Source: the human T2T-CHM13v2.0 reference genome, Homo sapiens
Assembly: GCF_009914755.1 (NCBI RefSeq)
Contig: NC_060927.1
Length of the DNA stretch: 64,000 bases
Direction: 5' to 3' (one strand)
Part shown: positions 13,396 through 27,167 of the stretch, in pieces
Position numbering within the stretch: position 1 is the first letter of the stretch
Layout of the letters: each line of letters begins with the position of its first letter
Translations under genes and position numbers: made by a program
The notes under the pieces: model-generated
What the model was told of the DNA's origin: nothing
What the model saw: the letters and a program-made list of their open reading frames with translations, nothing else
Database searches by the model: none

Positions 13396-13669
13396 TAATA
13401 AAAAGTTTTTAAAAAAAGACTCTTTTAGAAAATGCAAGGAAATAATAAAATCAATAAGCTCATTATAGAACTGTGTCTAAAAGTAAAAATGTAGTGGGAA
13501 AATGTGGAAGAAATAATATTACAATCAGGTCACAGTTCAAAAATGAACAAAATGATTACTTTAAGATGGAGGACAGGCACAGGAAGTGAGATCAAAACAT
13601 CTATATTTTAGTTTTATGTCAACTTTCACAAGATTTTGAACATTGTCCTGAAGAAATATTAAGCAATAG

Positions 13670-14145
13670 TTTTTAATGTTTTAAGTAAACTTTTAAGTTT
13701 AGAGTAGTTTCAGATTTACAGAAAGGTTAAAAAGATATTAGAGAGTTCCCATAGTCCCACCCACACTGTTGCTGTATTATAAAGATTTTATTTTAGTAAG
13801 GCTTATTTGTAATATGAGACAACACTGACTCTTTACTGTTAATATATATTTATAATTCATTCAGATTTCCATATTCCTTAGCGAGCTATCTTTTTCTGTT
13901 TCACGATTCTATCCACAATACCACATCACATTTAATCATAATATCTTCTAAGTCTCTGCTTTGCCATGACAGTTCTTAGACTTTGCTTGTTTTCGGTGAT
14001 CTTGGCAGTTGAAAAGTCCAGGTTAGGTACTCTATAGAATGCAACTCCATTGGGTTTGTCTGATATTTTTCTCATGGTAAAACTGAATTATAGGCTTTTA
14101 AAAGGAAGATCAGAGAGGCAAAGTGCCACTTTAATCACATCATAT
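13670..14145 (-). mobile_element. L1MC-type 3' end (first piece)
   Basis: TAGAGTAGTTTCAGATTTACAGAAAGGTT, TTGGGTTTGTCTGATATTTTTCTCATGGT, GAGGCAAAGTGCCACTTTAATCACATCATAT. Confidence 0.75.
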
Positions 14146-14250
14146 GAGTAATAGCTTGATTTGATCATTCCACAATGTATGCATGTACCAAATCATCACA
14201 TTATATTCATAAATATATATATAATTATCTAATTAAAAATAATATAAAAC
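14146..14250 (+). mobile_element. L1MA-type terminal fragment
   Basis: AATAGCTTGATTTGATCATTCCACAATGTATGCATGTACCAAATCATCACATT...AATTAAAAATAA. Confidence 0.7.
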
Positions 14251-14639
14251 TGCAGAAGACTTTAGATCCTTTTGGTCCTAGAGATGTTACCAAGAGGAAT
14301 CTGACCAACAAGTTTTACTAATTAGCTTTTATCTGCCATTAATTTGCCTCTTCCACAAGTTGCTGTTGCGAGAGACTAAAAATCCTTTTCGTTTGTCTTG
14401 TCACTTCTCTAAAATTGTATTGTTCTTTGTTGAAGATGCCATAATATATATGCTGAATCCAAAGCCATCTCTTTGAGAACTAGTTATTCCCTGGGTATCT
14501 CCCATGTGTATATGAAATAAACATGTTAGTAAACTTCTGTTTGTTTTTCTTTTATTAATCTATCTTTTCTTACAGGGGTCCATTCCAACTAATAACTTAT
14601 TAGAGCTGAAGAAAAAGTTATTTTTCCTCCCCTGTAACA
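14251..14639 (+). mobile_element. MER34-like ERV1 LTR (3' part)
   Basis: TAAACTTCTGTTTGTTTTTCTTTTATTAATCTATCTTTTCTTACAGGGGTC...TTATTTTTCCTCCCCTGTAACA. Confidence 0.7.
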
Positions 14640-16112
14640 CTGATGTCTCCAACTCGAATTCAGTAATCCCTGGATTACAACAGTCAGACTGCCATCGTTA
14701 GTCATCCATTCACTTGATTGTTCAATATACATGTATAGTGGTGCTAGCACGTACTCCATGGGAAATAACTTCGTCAACTAGAGTACAGCACTCATGTACA
14801 TTTACCTTTGTCTTTCATCTTACTGTCTCTAGTCATTTTGCAAATTACTTAGATTAGCACCTTTATACCCTAATCCAATCGGTAAGGTAATTTCATACAT
14901 TTTTAGTATATTTAGATTTTTTGCCTCAGTCTGAATCCCATCTTGGAATCACTCGAACTTCTATATGATTTTTTAAAATTTGTATACATTAAGAGTCCAT
15001 GATTGTACTGTAATTTTCTATGGTTTTGATAAATGCATTATTTTGTATATGCACCCTTATAGTATCAGGAAGAAGAATTTCATCAACTTACAGATTTCTT
15101 TTGCTACCAGCGAACTTTTTAATTTTTCTAGAGTTTTATATATTCTAGAATGTCATATGTTTTGAATCATACAGCACGCAGACTTTTCAGAATGGCTTCC
15201 TTCATTTGGCAAGAAACATTTAAGATTCATCCATCTTTTTTTTGCCATGACTTGATAGTTCATTCCTTTAGTCATTGAATAGTATTCTATTGTATCTATG
15301 TCCTACAGTTTATTTATCTATGTATTTATTAAAGGGCATCTTTGTTGCTTTAATTTTGGGGTTGTGAATAAATCTTCTATAACTTTCATGTTCCATTTAT
15401 GTGTCTGTATGTGTATGTAAGTTTTTAAATCAGATGGTAAATATCTGGTAGAGCAATTGCTAGATTGCATGGTAAGGCTGTGTGTTGGCTTATAAGAAAC
15501 TAATGCACCATCCTCCAAAATGACTGTATCATTTTGCATTTCCACTAGCAATGAATGAGAGTTCCTGTTGCTTTCCATTCTCGTGAGAAATTAGTGTTGT
15601 CATATCTTTTGGAATTTAATTATTCAAATAGGTCTATAGTATTAGCTTGTCGTTGTGTTTTTCAACTTGCCTTTTCCTAATGACAGATGGTGTTGTATAT
15701 AATTTTTGTATGCTTATTTAACATAATAGAGAGGTGTACCTTCAGAACTTTTGCACATTTTTAATCTATTTGGTTTCTTATTGTTGAGCTTTTAGGGTTC
15801 TCTTTCTGCTTTAGATGCAAGTCCTTTTTCAGATTTTCTTTCAAATATATTCTTCTGGTCTGCGGCTTGCTTTTTCATTCTTTTAACAGTATTTTTGTTG
15901 AGCAGAAATTTCAAATTTTAATAAAGTATACCATCTATTCTTTCTTTCATGAATCATTCATTTGGTATTGCATCTAGGACCTCATCCCCAGCCCAGGGTC
16001 ATGTAGATTTTCTCATGTGTTTTCTTCTAGATCTATTATGGCTTTGCATTTTTCACTTAAGCCTGTTGAGTTAATTTTTGTGTAATGGTTAAGGCCTCTG
16101 CCTAGGTTTCTT
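14640..16112 (-). mobile_element. L1MC-type 3' UTR and ORF2 end (continuation of 13670-14145)
   Basis: CCATGGGAAATAACTTCGTCAACTAGAGTACAG; CATTTTGCATTTCCACTAGCAATGAATGAGAGTTCCTGTTGCT; ORF remnant NRNSHSLLVEMQNDTVILED. Confidence 0.8.
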
Positions 16113-17594
16113 TAAATGGAGTATGATATAATGGTAAAATGATCAAATACTGATTCACAATGAAATTTTTAAAAGGTAATGGAAAAATAATAAATTACTC
16201 ACCACTGACATTGCTTAACTCTGGCAACAACATTTTGTAGTGTTCTTCCTTCAATAGGTGGCCATGAACAGGATATGATATAAAATAAAATCTCTAACTC
16301 TTGCATATCTTATTTCACATATGATTTGGTACAATTGAAAGAAATTATGAAACAAGTCAAAAAGGTAACAAATATATGATTGGATATTACCATTTTTTTT
16401 AAACTGTGAAAATTATTCAAAAGCATTATTCAAAAACACTAAATACCAAAAGGCTCCGTATCTTGATGCTAGTCAATGAAGTGGTTAAAGATAATAACAC
16501 GAGGAAATTAGAAAAGCTACTTTTACAGGCTCTGAATGCAGTCAATATACTCTGTCATAAGAATATTCAAATTGAGAATATTGAAAACACAGGTGATAAA
16601 AATAGGTTGGCTACCTCTGCTATAATTTATTTAGACAGTATCACTTTGACAGCTAATTGGTGGCAGTATCTAAAACACTGAAACTGCAAAGATTTAAAAA
16701 AACAGAAATCAATACAAAAAGCATGAGGGCACAGAAATACGAAAAAGAGGCCAACATTTTACGATTCAATTAATTTTAGTTCAGCCACTATGTGTTAAGA
16801 CACTTTACTATGCTTTGCTAATAGAAAGCTGAATAACACATCGGGCTTCTCTTTAAGGGGTCCACTGCCTAACAGAACAGAAAACGTGTTCAAATAATGT
16901 AAGATGTATATCAAAATAGACGTTTATACAAGAAAGGTGACAGCTCACTGAAGAATTTATAAGTGTGATAGAAGGGCACTCAAAATACAAGGAACAGCAG
17001 ATGCAATGGTATGAAAGTGTGAAAACTGCATTGTGTATTCACAGATTTATAGATGATTCAGTGATTTTTGAAATTAAAAAAACACAGACTTTCAAGAATT
17101 ATTTTTCTTAATATATTTTTCACAAATAGATATCCATGTAGGGCCTTGTCATCTTAATATGCGTATAAACAGAAGTTATATCATTTTTAAGTACATTTAT
17201 TAGAATTCATAAGATAAATGATTCTTCTTTTTTAACCAAGAAATGAAAAAAATTCTTCTGTCCCAACTGTCTACCTCTTGGAAACTTGAAGCATATAGAA
17301 TGAGTCTATTCAGATTCATTTCTACCCATTCATTTTGATGCCAATCACATACCATATAGTGTCCAGAGTCAGTGGTTGAAAAAATTAAGTGGAAAAAAAG
17401 CATGGTTTACACATAAATTATGTCAACCATAAAAGTGGCATTCCTTAGATGATAGCCCAGTATAATTGTAGCATTTTAAGCACCATTATCCACTATTCTA
17501 TGCATTTCTATAGCATTGTTCACTCAAGTTTGTAAGATCAATGAAAAAGTTGCTGTTTTATAAAAAAGTAGTATAAAATGCAATTAGATTTTCA

Positions 17595-17804
17595 CAGTTT
17601 TGTGCTGAAGCTGGCTAGTAAGACTCGCAGAAGACAGTTGAGTACATTTTTTTTTCCCCAATTCCACATTCAGCGACCGTGTATTGGCAGATTGAAATTG
17701 GCCATGGTAGCAGTATGTATACAACAGAAATCAGCAAACATGACACATCAGTTTTGTTTTCCCCTGGGGCAACCAGTTATTAAGCACTTTCTAGCATACA
17801 ACTG
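17595..17804. mobile_element. MER63A-like hAT-Blackjack element
   Basis: Degenerate TIRs CAGTTTTGTGCTG / TAGCATACAACTG; internal TTGAAATTGGCCATGGT. Confidence 0.7.
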
Positions 17805-20800
17805 AATATTTATTTATGAAAATCTTTTAATATTGGAAGAAAAATTACTTCATAGTTTATAGATCGCATGAACATGATTTTTAAAAAATACACACTCAGA
17901 AAAATCTTAATACTAGGTAAGGAACCCTTGATATTATGAATAAAGTGATTATTTATTTTGGAAGTGACTACTATTATTAACATTGAAAATTTTGTTTTCA
18001 GCATAAGAAGTTTCTATGGAAATCAAAAATAATGGAATCTAAATTGTTAATATTCTACGTTCTACCTCCAAAATTCTGAAACAATAAAATGAGATTACCA
18101 CATCAAATTCCATCATGTGAACCACACTAAGATTCCCAATCAACTCTATCATGTATAGGAAAATGATAAGATGCCTGTGAATTTTCACAATCTGCCTGTA
18201 TTTTGTGTATTAAGCTGTCAGGGACTATCTAAATCACTTCCTTTTCTGTCAGTCTGTCTTCGGACAACATCCTTTGAGACACAACAGCATTCAGCAAAGA
18301 CCTCCATCCCCAAAGTCTCAAAATGATATGTAAATCCTGCAATTCATCATGCTCTGTGTAGTACAGGTTTAATTCTTCCTCCTAGGCCTCAAGCTGATGA
18401 AACATTACTCTGATATACAGTACAAAAGCAGTAACAAAGATGTTCATATCAGTCCTTTGTGAGTTTGTGGCAGGCAGAGAAATCAATGAAGCCAAGGGGA
18501 CAATAGCTGGAGTTTAAACAGGCTGCTGAAATTTGCTAAGAGGCAGACAAAGGGCCTATGCTGAAAGGAGAGCTGCTGTGGAATTCCTTGGCCCCATTAT
18601 GCAGCTGAAACAATCCTTACTCAGAGAGTGGATTTGCATCTCTAATAGAGTTCAGGCTCTGTTTGTGAAAGGCTTTTGCTAGGCCTGACCCCATGTCTCA
18701 GGAGCACATTGATACCCAGCGCCTTGCCTTTGCCTTGTCCCACACCACAGAGAGCAGTATCATGGGAAAATGCACTAACCTAAAAGAAAGCAAAGGAAGG
18801 CAAGAGGAAGGGAAAAAAATTAAAGGCTTGAGGCAGTTTCGGTGGTACTTAGTGGTGAAAATTACTTTGGCAAATAATAGAACCCACGGCTGGTAATTAC
18901 TGCTAACAAGCTTCCCCCAGCCCAAATGTGACACTTGGGCTGATGTGAGAAAAGCTGATATAGGCCAAGCTTATTAAGCTTGAATGAAAGGAACCCTTTC
19001 CCCTATGAAAATACAGCAACTTAGGGGCTTGCAAATCTTGTAATCTAGTGTTACCAATTATTCAGTAAAACAGAAAAATGGTGCTGCAATATTTAAAATC
19101 CTTCTTGGATTTAATTCAGGCTGGTGCCCTAATCCCAAGCAATTGTAATCATGAACATCCTTGGTTTCCTAAACATGTACTCTTGGTTCCAAACAAAATA
19201 TTTTGGGTACTTAACCTACTTCATGCCAAGGACCACTGGGGAAACCTTTCATACTTGATGCCCAGCAGATAACTTGGCAAAACATTTTTCTCTAGAAGAT
19301 TTTTAAAACTGTAAACAAATACACATAGTTTGAAAGAAGGCAATAGACTCTTGTGCAAAGTATGTCCCCAGAACACTTCCATGACTTATTCATGATATTA
19401 ATTTCAAATTAAATTTGGTGTGGTTTGACATAGTAATGTTAACCTCTTCATCAACTTTAAAATTGCTGTAATTACCATGGGAAAGTAATCACATAAAATT
19501 ATAGCATCTATTAACTATCATATTAATAAAATACTGTGCTTTATTTGAGAGTAAACTCGTGTTTCCTGAGTAAAAAATAATTAGGAAAATTAAAGAAGTA
19601 TCAGTAATGTATTTTATATGTTACTATATTTACTGCATAAAAGAAAAGATTTTATTCTTCCCTATACAGGACACAGGCATTTATTAAAAGATGAGTATTA
19701 CTTGTGTGCAGCAATACTTACATGAAAGATAAATGCTTAATTCAGCATTTTGAATTGAATTCCATCAGTATCATCTGGCATATCCATAGTATTGTAAACA
19801 TTAATATTTTCACAGTTTTTCAATATTAATTGACTCTATGATATAAATGACACTTCTGTTATCTAGCAAACCACTGAAATTTTAAGTTCATTTAAGTCAG
19901 TGAAACAAAATAATGTGCCGCTATGAACCTAAATGGGTATAATTGTGACTTGACTTTAAACTTTTCAAAGTAGCTTTAATTTCTTAATACCTCCTTAGTT
20001 CATTGTTTGAATGTACTATTTGAATATTTCCAATAATTTGTTTTTCTCCAGCCTAATTACCCTGGGCATGTGGCAAGTATGAGATGTTGTACAATTTTAT
20101 TATTTTAAGACTTCATATAGACACTGAATGTATATTTTTATGAATTTTTTTTCAAAAAACTTAAAACACATGTTGAACAATATAATAAAGCCAAGGAGTT
20201 ACACATTTGTCTAATTATTCATTTTGAAAAATATGTGTTTAGTTCTAGAACTCTGTGGTGTTTCATGGTTATGAGGCCTGGAAACCTTACAATGCTCTTC
20301 ATGCAGCAAAATATTGTTTGTTCATATTGGAAGGATTAGTGCCTCGTGTCACAGTTGACCCATTCACTTGGCACTCAGGAAAGTCAAAATAAAGTTAAAA
20401 CTTTATATTAAACCAAGAGAGTACATTTAAAATTTTCCTTAGAATCTAAAATTTTGTGCTTTAAAATGATAATATTAACTGAAGACAATTTAAAAGAACT
20501 TTACAACATATTTTATAACTAAATCTATGCTGTGCTTATATTCAATTAATTCCCATGGAGAATGATCTATTTTTCTATTCCTACACTGTTGCAAAATCTT
20601 AAAGACTCCTTTTTTTTTTTTTAAATTAAGATGCTGGCTAAGCTACAACTGTTTTTACAAAATTTATTTTTAAATATCTGCATTTGGCTTATCTCCATCA
20701 TGATAGTAGGTAAATTTAATCAAATAATTCCTTTATTTCCTAAACATAATAAACACATGATAAACTACTACTTGAAAAATTATTACCCCCTGACCTCAAG

Positions 20801-21359
20801 CAAAACCCAACATGAGTTTAAAATCTTTCCAAGAAAAATAGAATTGTTCACAAAAAAGCTATTTATAATCAGCGAATAAAATTTGGCAAAAGTTTGTTAA
20901 TCTGTTTTAGAAATGTTCAATTCAATTTTCAAACTTTATAAAATGATGAAGATAATTTTATAATATGCTGTAGTAAGGAAATGCTCTCTTCTTTCTGATC
21001 CCATAATCAGGGAAAAGAAAACCACCAATGGGAACAGTAAAGAAGCTAAATAAATGAGTACAGAATACAACCATTCTTCAGCTGTTTTCTTTAAGCAATG
21101 TAATTTTTTTTTCAGATAGAAGGTTGTGTGTGTGCATGTGTATGTGTGTGTGCACATGATTGTGTGTTTTATTACATTATCTTCACTTTGGAACAAAATA
21201 TTTACACTTAAAATAAAAATTACTTAGACTTTTTGGTGAGAATGAATGCTATAATTAATTCATATAATTGCTATCCTAATGTGAACCACAGAATGTATTG
21301 ATTCTGTAATAAGAGTAAGTATATGTTTTCAGTGATTCTTTTTGGGAAAACAAAAATAA

Positions 21360-21525
21360 ATGTAAATGAAAGGAAAGAGAAAAACAAGGGAAGGAGAAGA
21401 GAAGTCAGAAGCTTAGAGGACATGAAAGAAGCAGGCAGCGAGATGGGGCAAGAGAGACAGATGTGGCTAAGGGGGTGGTAGGGGAAGGGAGATGACAGAA
21501 ATATAGGGAAGATAGAGAAAAGAAA
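21360..21525 (+). repeat. GA-rich low-complexity tract
   Basis: Purine-skewed sequence. Confidence 0.6.
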
Positions 21526-21624
21526 CTTGTGCTTCACCAGTATGAGCATTTTAATTCATGACACTGTCATAAGTCTATATTCACTAGTATACTTTCTTAA
21601 AATCCTGTTTTGCCAGCGGTTCTA

Positions 21625-21806
21625 TTTCTGTTTTATTGAGGCATAATTGACAAATAAAAATTGTGTATATTTTAGGTGTACAATGTGATGTTCTGGCATA
21701 CATCAACATTGAGAAATGATTACCACAATCAATCTAATTAACATATCCATCACCTCACATAGTTACCTATTACTTTGTGTATGTGGTGAGAACATTAATC
21801 CATCTC
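21625..21806 (-). mobile_element. L1MA8/9-type 3' end
   Basis: TTTATTGAGGCATAATTGACAAATAAAAATTGTGTATAT...AATTAACATATCCATCACCTCACATAGTTACC. Confidence 0.85.
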
Positions 21807-22424
21807 AGACTTTTTCTAAAATCTGTTTAAAGCTATTTTGTCTCATCACAAGGACAATCCGTAGTTAAAAATAGACTTTATGGGAAAATAATTATTAATA
21901 ATGTATTAATGTTAATACATTTCTTTGGAGAAAAAAATACAAACTTAATGATGGACTGTGAAGAGTTTAAAAAAACATGCAAACAAATTGGTTGGCTCAT
22001 CATATTCTCTAAGCCATCTATTATTATTTTAAGTATATAACAGAGAAAATTAAGGGAAGCACCAGTTTATGAAAGAGAATGTGGTAATTGATATCAAATA
22101 CTTTGTTCTGCAAAAGTATGTGCTCAAGATTATATCTATACTGTATATAAAATTTTGTACATACAGTTTGAAGCTGAGAAATGATCACCAGATGAGACCA
22201 GTCACTGAAAGTGGGAGTGTGTTGAGACCTTCATTCATTGTGATGCTCCAATGAAATTCTTAATTGCTTAATTCTGTACACTGTGTTACTACTTTGTCCA
22301 GTTTTGAAAGCGATGCTCCCTTTCATTTTCCCTTTCTCTGTCTACTATCAGATATTAATCCCTGTAGCTACTCTTTCTTGTATGTCTTCATGTTGTATAC
22401 ACTACTTTAGTTGCATTTTATTAC

Positions 22425-22660
22425 CTTTGGTCTGACAACTGCTGCAGCCTCTGACTCTCCTTTCCCTTCTTCCACTTTTCAACTTTCCATTCCACTCTGT
22501 ATAGATTTATCACATGAAGTATCCTGACATTCAAATCCAATCATGTCATATTCATACTCAAAAACTTTCCAAACTCCCTATTGCGTTCTGAAAAAACAAT
22601 TCACTTGTTTTCACTCCTTGAACAATTATTCAAAACAAGTATTGAAAGCTTTCCGAAATC
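22425..22660 (+). mobile_element. L2 LINE fragment
   Basis: CAAATCCAATCATGTCATATTCATACTCAAAAACTTTCCAAACTCCCTATTGC matches forward L2. Confidence 0.55.
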
Positions 22661-25019
22661 TAAACTAAATTTCTTTTCCAAACTTATTCTCACTCTATTC
22701 TTCTACACATAGCATCCTTAGAAGTCTGCTCTTCCATGTTTATGTCAGTACCATGAATATGTTCCAGATCTGATTATTTTGTTCTTCTTGAAGTTTCCAC
22801 TTCTTCTCTGCATCACTACCTATCAATGTTCAAATGTGACTTCTATTATGACATCTTCTTGGATCTCACTGGAAAGCAGTACCTCTGAAACTTCATTGCC
22901 CCTTACATTAACAAGCCTGTACTTTATTGTAATACTTGTATGTTTAAGTTCTGTTTTTAATCCTTAAAAGTATGTAACAACTTCTCTTCCCACACATACC
23001 ATTCATTAACATTGAATGAACTTAGTATACAGAAATAGACGGATAATAGGTATTTTAAATTAATAAGAACAATAACAAAAGAGATATTCATAATGTCAAA
23101 AGAGTTAGATTATCAAGATTATTTTTCCTTTTTTTAAAAAAAGCTAAATATAGTTGTGCCTTGAGTGACAAAAATTAATAGTAAATCTTTACATATACTG
23201 GTCATTTTTAACTATGGATACAATTTATCACATTGAGGGATTTATTTCCAGGTTAATATTATAAAAATCAAGAAATGGAAACTATTCATCAATTTTAATT
23301 ATGTCTGCACTAGCAATAAAATGCAGATAAAGATTGTACTATAAGATAGCATTTAAGATATGCCTTTAAAAATGAGTTTTCTTTTTTTCATAAAAATACT
23401 ACTATTTGATAGATCATAGGGTATGATATTTCTTACAATAATATATGAGATCAACATAATATATAATGAAATTTATAAAATCTAAAATTTATAACATTAT
23501 AGGAAGTAGCAAGCTATGATTTATATTCACATCAAATGTTTTATAGAAAAAGTACTGTAGACATCTCGGAATAGAAAGATTTTTTTAAGTGAAACTTTTA
23601 TATAATTATTGATTTCTTATTATTCAATTCTACTGAAAGGCTGCCATTTTTCAGTTCCTTTATTCAGAATGTATCATATGAATAAAGATCCTCGAAATTC
23701 TCATAACGGTGATATTTTAAAATGGCTTTTAATAATCTTTTGTGCATTGATTATGTAACTGTTGATATATTTAGAATGAGGCTGTAGGATTTTTTTAAAA
23801 CTCTTTTTCTTCTTTCCCAAATTCAGAGAAGAGTGATCTTTTAAATATCTCTTATTGTTTTTGTTATGTTTTACAAACTGGAATATATATTAAATTTCCC
23901 TTAATATAACTATAAAGATAGTAAATGTACTTTACAGCAGCTGAGTATCTTGTTTTAAAGATACAAATGAGGTCTAAAGAATGGAGTGTCAGTTTTGTCA
24001 GTTCGGTTATTTTACTTTTTTCTTTTAAATAATTTCTAATGAATATAACACAAATTTTATAGATAATCTCAAAACTTGGTACCATCTATGTTTACAAGAA
24101 TGGTATATTTCTTATGTATTTTGTAGTGTTTTGTGTACTGTACACAATGACTAAAATAAAAATAGTACAATGGATTATATAGTTCCTCCTATTCTTTGAA
24201 ATTTTAGAGTATATTACTGGTGTCAGTTTACCATTATCTTAGAGAAAAATGGATAAAACCTTACAGTATGACTCAATTTTTCTATCTATATATACAGCAT
24301 CAGCAAGTACAGGGGGAGTCACTAATAATAGGATATTTTAAATCATTTTGAGACTTTTGAATATTATTAGAAATGCAAACTAACAGACTTACAGCTTGTT
24401 TAGCTTCAATACCTGAGTTATCTTTTGTTTCTACCAATTTCTATATCATGATGTAAAAATATTTCATTATCAAGTTATGTGATTCTATATAAAGCTAACT
24501 TGATTTTTAATAGGCCTTCACACATTATGAAACAGTCCACTAATTTTCCTTATTTAACAGTTTGCTATAAAAATGTAAGGGAAAAACACAAAATAACTGC
24601 TCATTTCATTTTAACATTTTTACATGAAAATTATAATACCACTTAAAAATCCTTAGGATGTTTAACTTTCTAAAATTAGTCTCAGATTTCTGAGAGCTCT
24701 GAAAAATAAGACAATTTATTGCTTATATTTAAAATAGCATAGCATGGTGATCAAATGTACTTTAGTGAGAATTTGAAGGCTGACTATGGAGTAATGCCCT
24801 GTGGCCCAATTAACATTTTAAGTCCCACCTACTGGGTCTGTCTCCTCTGTTCCCACATAACAACAAAAATTGTGCATTTAGTTTTTGTTGTATCAAAGAA
24901 CAAAGACAAAATACATTTCTGAACTTGAATTTTCAGATCATAATAGCATCTTGTCTCCTTGGTGTTTCTTTCATTTTACCAACTGGGTGACTTGTTGAAG
25001 GGAATAAAGAGAGAAGGCT

Positions 25020-25250
25020 TCATAGAGGGGAGGCCACCGATATCATTGGCAAGAGAAGCGCACGACAAATGAGATATTGTACAGGCAAACACAAAATGAG
25101 CTTTCACGCAGGGTTCTGTCAGTGTCATTCAGCTTTGCCTGAATGGATAACCCTCTCATGATTTATCTTCCATTCATCAAGTCAATGCCTGGTATCTTTT
25201 CAGTTGTGATGGATAAGACCTTACTAAATTGACTACTGCCTGCTGAGCAT
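25020..25250. promoter_or_regulatory. Candidate PBX-HOX/MEIS enhancer
   Basis: CTGTCA at 25116, GTGTCA at 25122, TGATTTAT at 25159, ATTCATCA at 25172 and TGATGGAT at 25207, all within 100 bp of non-repeat DNA with several retained CpGs. Motif-based only. Confidence 0.45.
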
Positions 25251-27133
25251 TGTGGAGCCTGAGAACTGAACAGGAAGGGGGATCCAACCATATTTCATTC
25301 ATATAGTAAGTCAGCCATGCTCAGTAGATCTAAGGACTGAGAATTATAAAGAACCTTGTTTCAACTGGCTCAAGGGTCTAGACCAGAGAGTGGTCAAGGA
25401 TCTATCCAGTTTCCTGATTTTGAAAGTGAAGAAGGAATAGAGGTTGTTAGGGGTTGCCATTATAGGCCATCTGGAACACTGAAAATGAGTTTACTAGAAA
25501 GAAAATACTATTCCTTCAGGTCTTATTCCAGATGACAGGTATTTAGGCAAATCTTTTCAAATATCACACTTATTTTATCATAAAAAGAACCATATCAGGT
25601 ATCCATTATTGCCTATAAATAACAGAAAGAGGCTAAACGTTGTTAAGCCCTATTACAGCAGTAAGCTTATTTTCCTCTTTTAGTTAGCTTTTAGAAGACT
25701 ATCAAGTTCAGTAAATGTCTGTGGATAGATGGAGGGATGGACATAGAAAGAGATGGAGGGAGAGAGGAAGAAAGGAAAGAAATGGAAGGAAGAAAAGAAA
25801 TCGGAAGAAAAGAAATCGAAATTCCAATATTGGACTTAAGATTTAAAGTGTGAGTATACATTTCTAAGTACTGTATATTTTTTCCACTTTAATAAAAATC
25901 AACGCTAAAATTTTCTGAAGTACTTTTTCAAATGTGAAAAGGGTAAGTACAGTGTATCTACTTAAAACTCTTTCACAAATATCACATCCTTTCAGCCCCT
26001 AGAAAATTTTTTTCTGATTTCTCCTCATATTTAAAGGCATAGATCAATTATTTAATTCCAAAAGTATGAATTTGTAATAGAGTGTTTATATAAATGCTAT
26101 ATTCGTTGAATAATTTTCTTCAGACACAGTTTCTCTATTAGAGTTTTGAACTTCAGATATTCTTTAAAAATATATTAAATGTCCATTTTCCATAAAGTCA
26201 TGACAATAAAATGCCAGTGTACATTCTTAAAATCACTGTCTCGTATAAACACATTCAAACATGTGGATATCAAAAATGAGGAATGCCTGCATGAAATAGG
26301 GACTATTATAGCCATATCGTACCAAAAGCAAAGAAAAACATTAGCAAACACAAATACACAAAACACATAACATGAAAAACAGAACATCATATATATTAAT
26401 GCTGTGGAAATTGATTAAATATATTACTTATTTGTACATTCACAAAGAATTACTTGAAAAGTTAAGTTCCAAGGGAAAAAATATTTTCACTTTTTATATT
26501 TTTGTGTCTGCTTTTAAAATTTAATTAACAGATTACTAAAGATATTACATCAATACCATATGGAAAAAGATACTAGAAGATCATTAATTCTTATGAAACA
26601 TGTTATCAAGAGTTATTCATAGGTGAAATGGATTCATTTAAACACACGCAACATAGGAATAAAATATGTTTCTCTTTTATATTTCCAACAAGGAGAAATA
26701 TTGAAACCTGATTACAAATTGATATACCTTTTGTTTGAAGAGTTAGCTAAGTTTCTAAGCACAACGCATTGGCATGTCTAAGCCTTTGTATTTTACATGG
26801 ACCTGGGAGTTGGGCCCAGGTGGTCAGGAAGAACATACCCTATGTTGTCATGACAAATATTATGTGAAAGAAAACACTAGCGACAAAAAGAGATAGTGGG
26901 AAATGAAGTTAAAGTAAGTGATAGACTTGTAGTTTATTTTTAGATTTTTAAGCTAAGCTGTCTCCTACTTACATTTGTTTTGAGTTTTCACTTTTTGTTT
27001 ACCAAATAGAATGTACTTTCTGTAGCAAGCAAATTAAGCAAAAATATCCCCCTCTGACATCTTAAAGCATAGAGAATATTCCAAAAAAATAGGTCGAATG
27101 TATAAGGAATGTCTACAGACAAAAGCTTGTGCG

Positions 27134-27135
27134 TG

Positions 27136-27166
<31 letters not shown>

Positions 27167-27167
27167 A
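27134..27167 (+). repeat. (CA)n microsatellite
   Basis: About 12 perfect CA units plus an imperfect extension. Confidence 0.95.
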
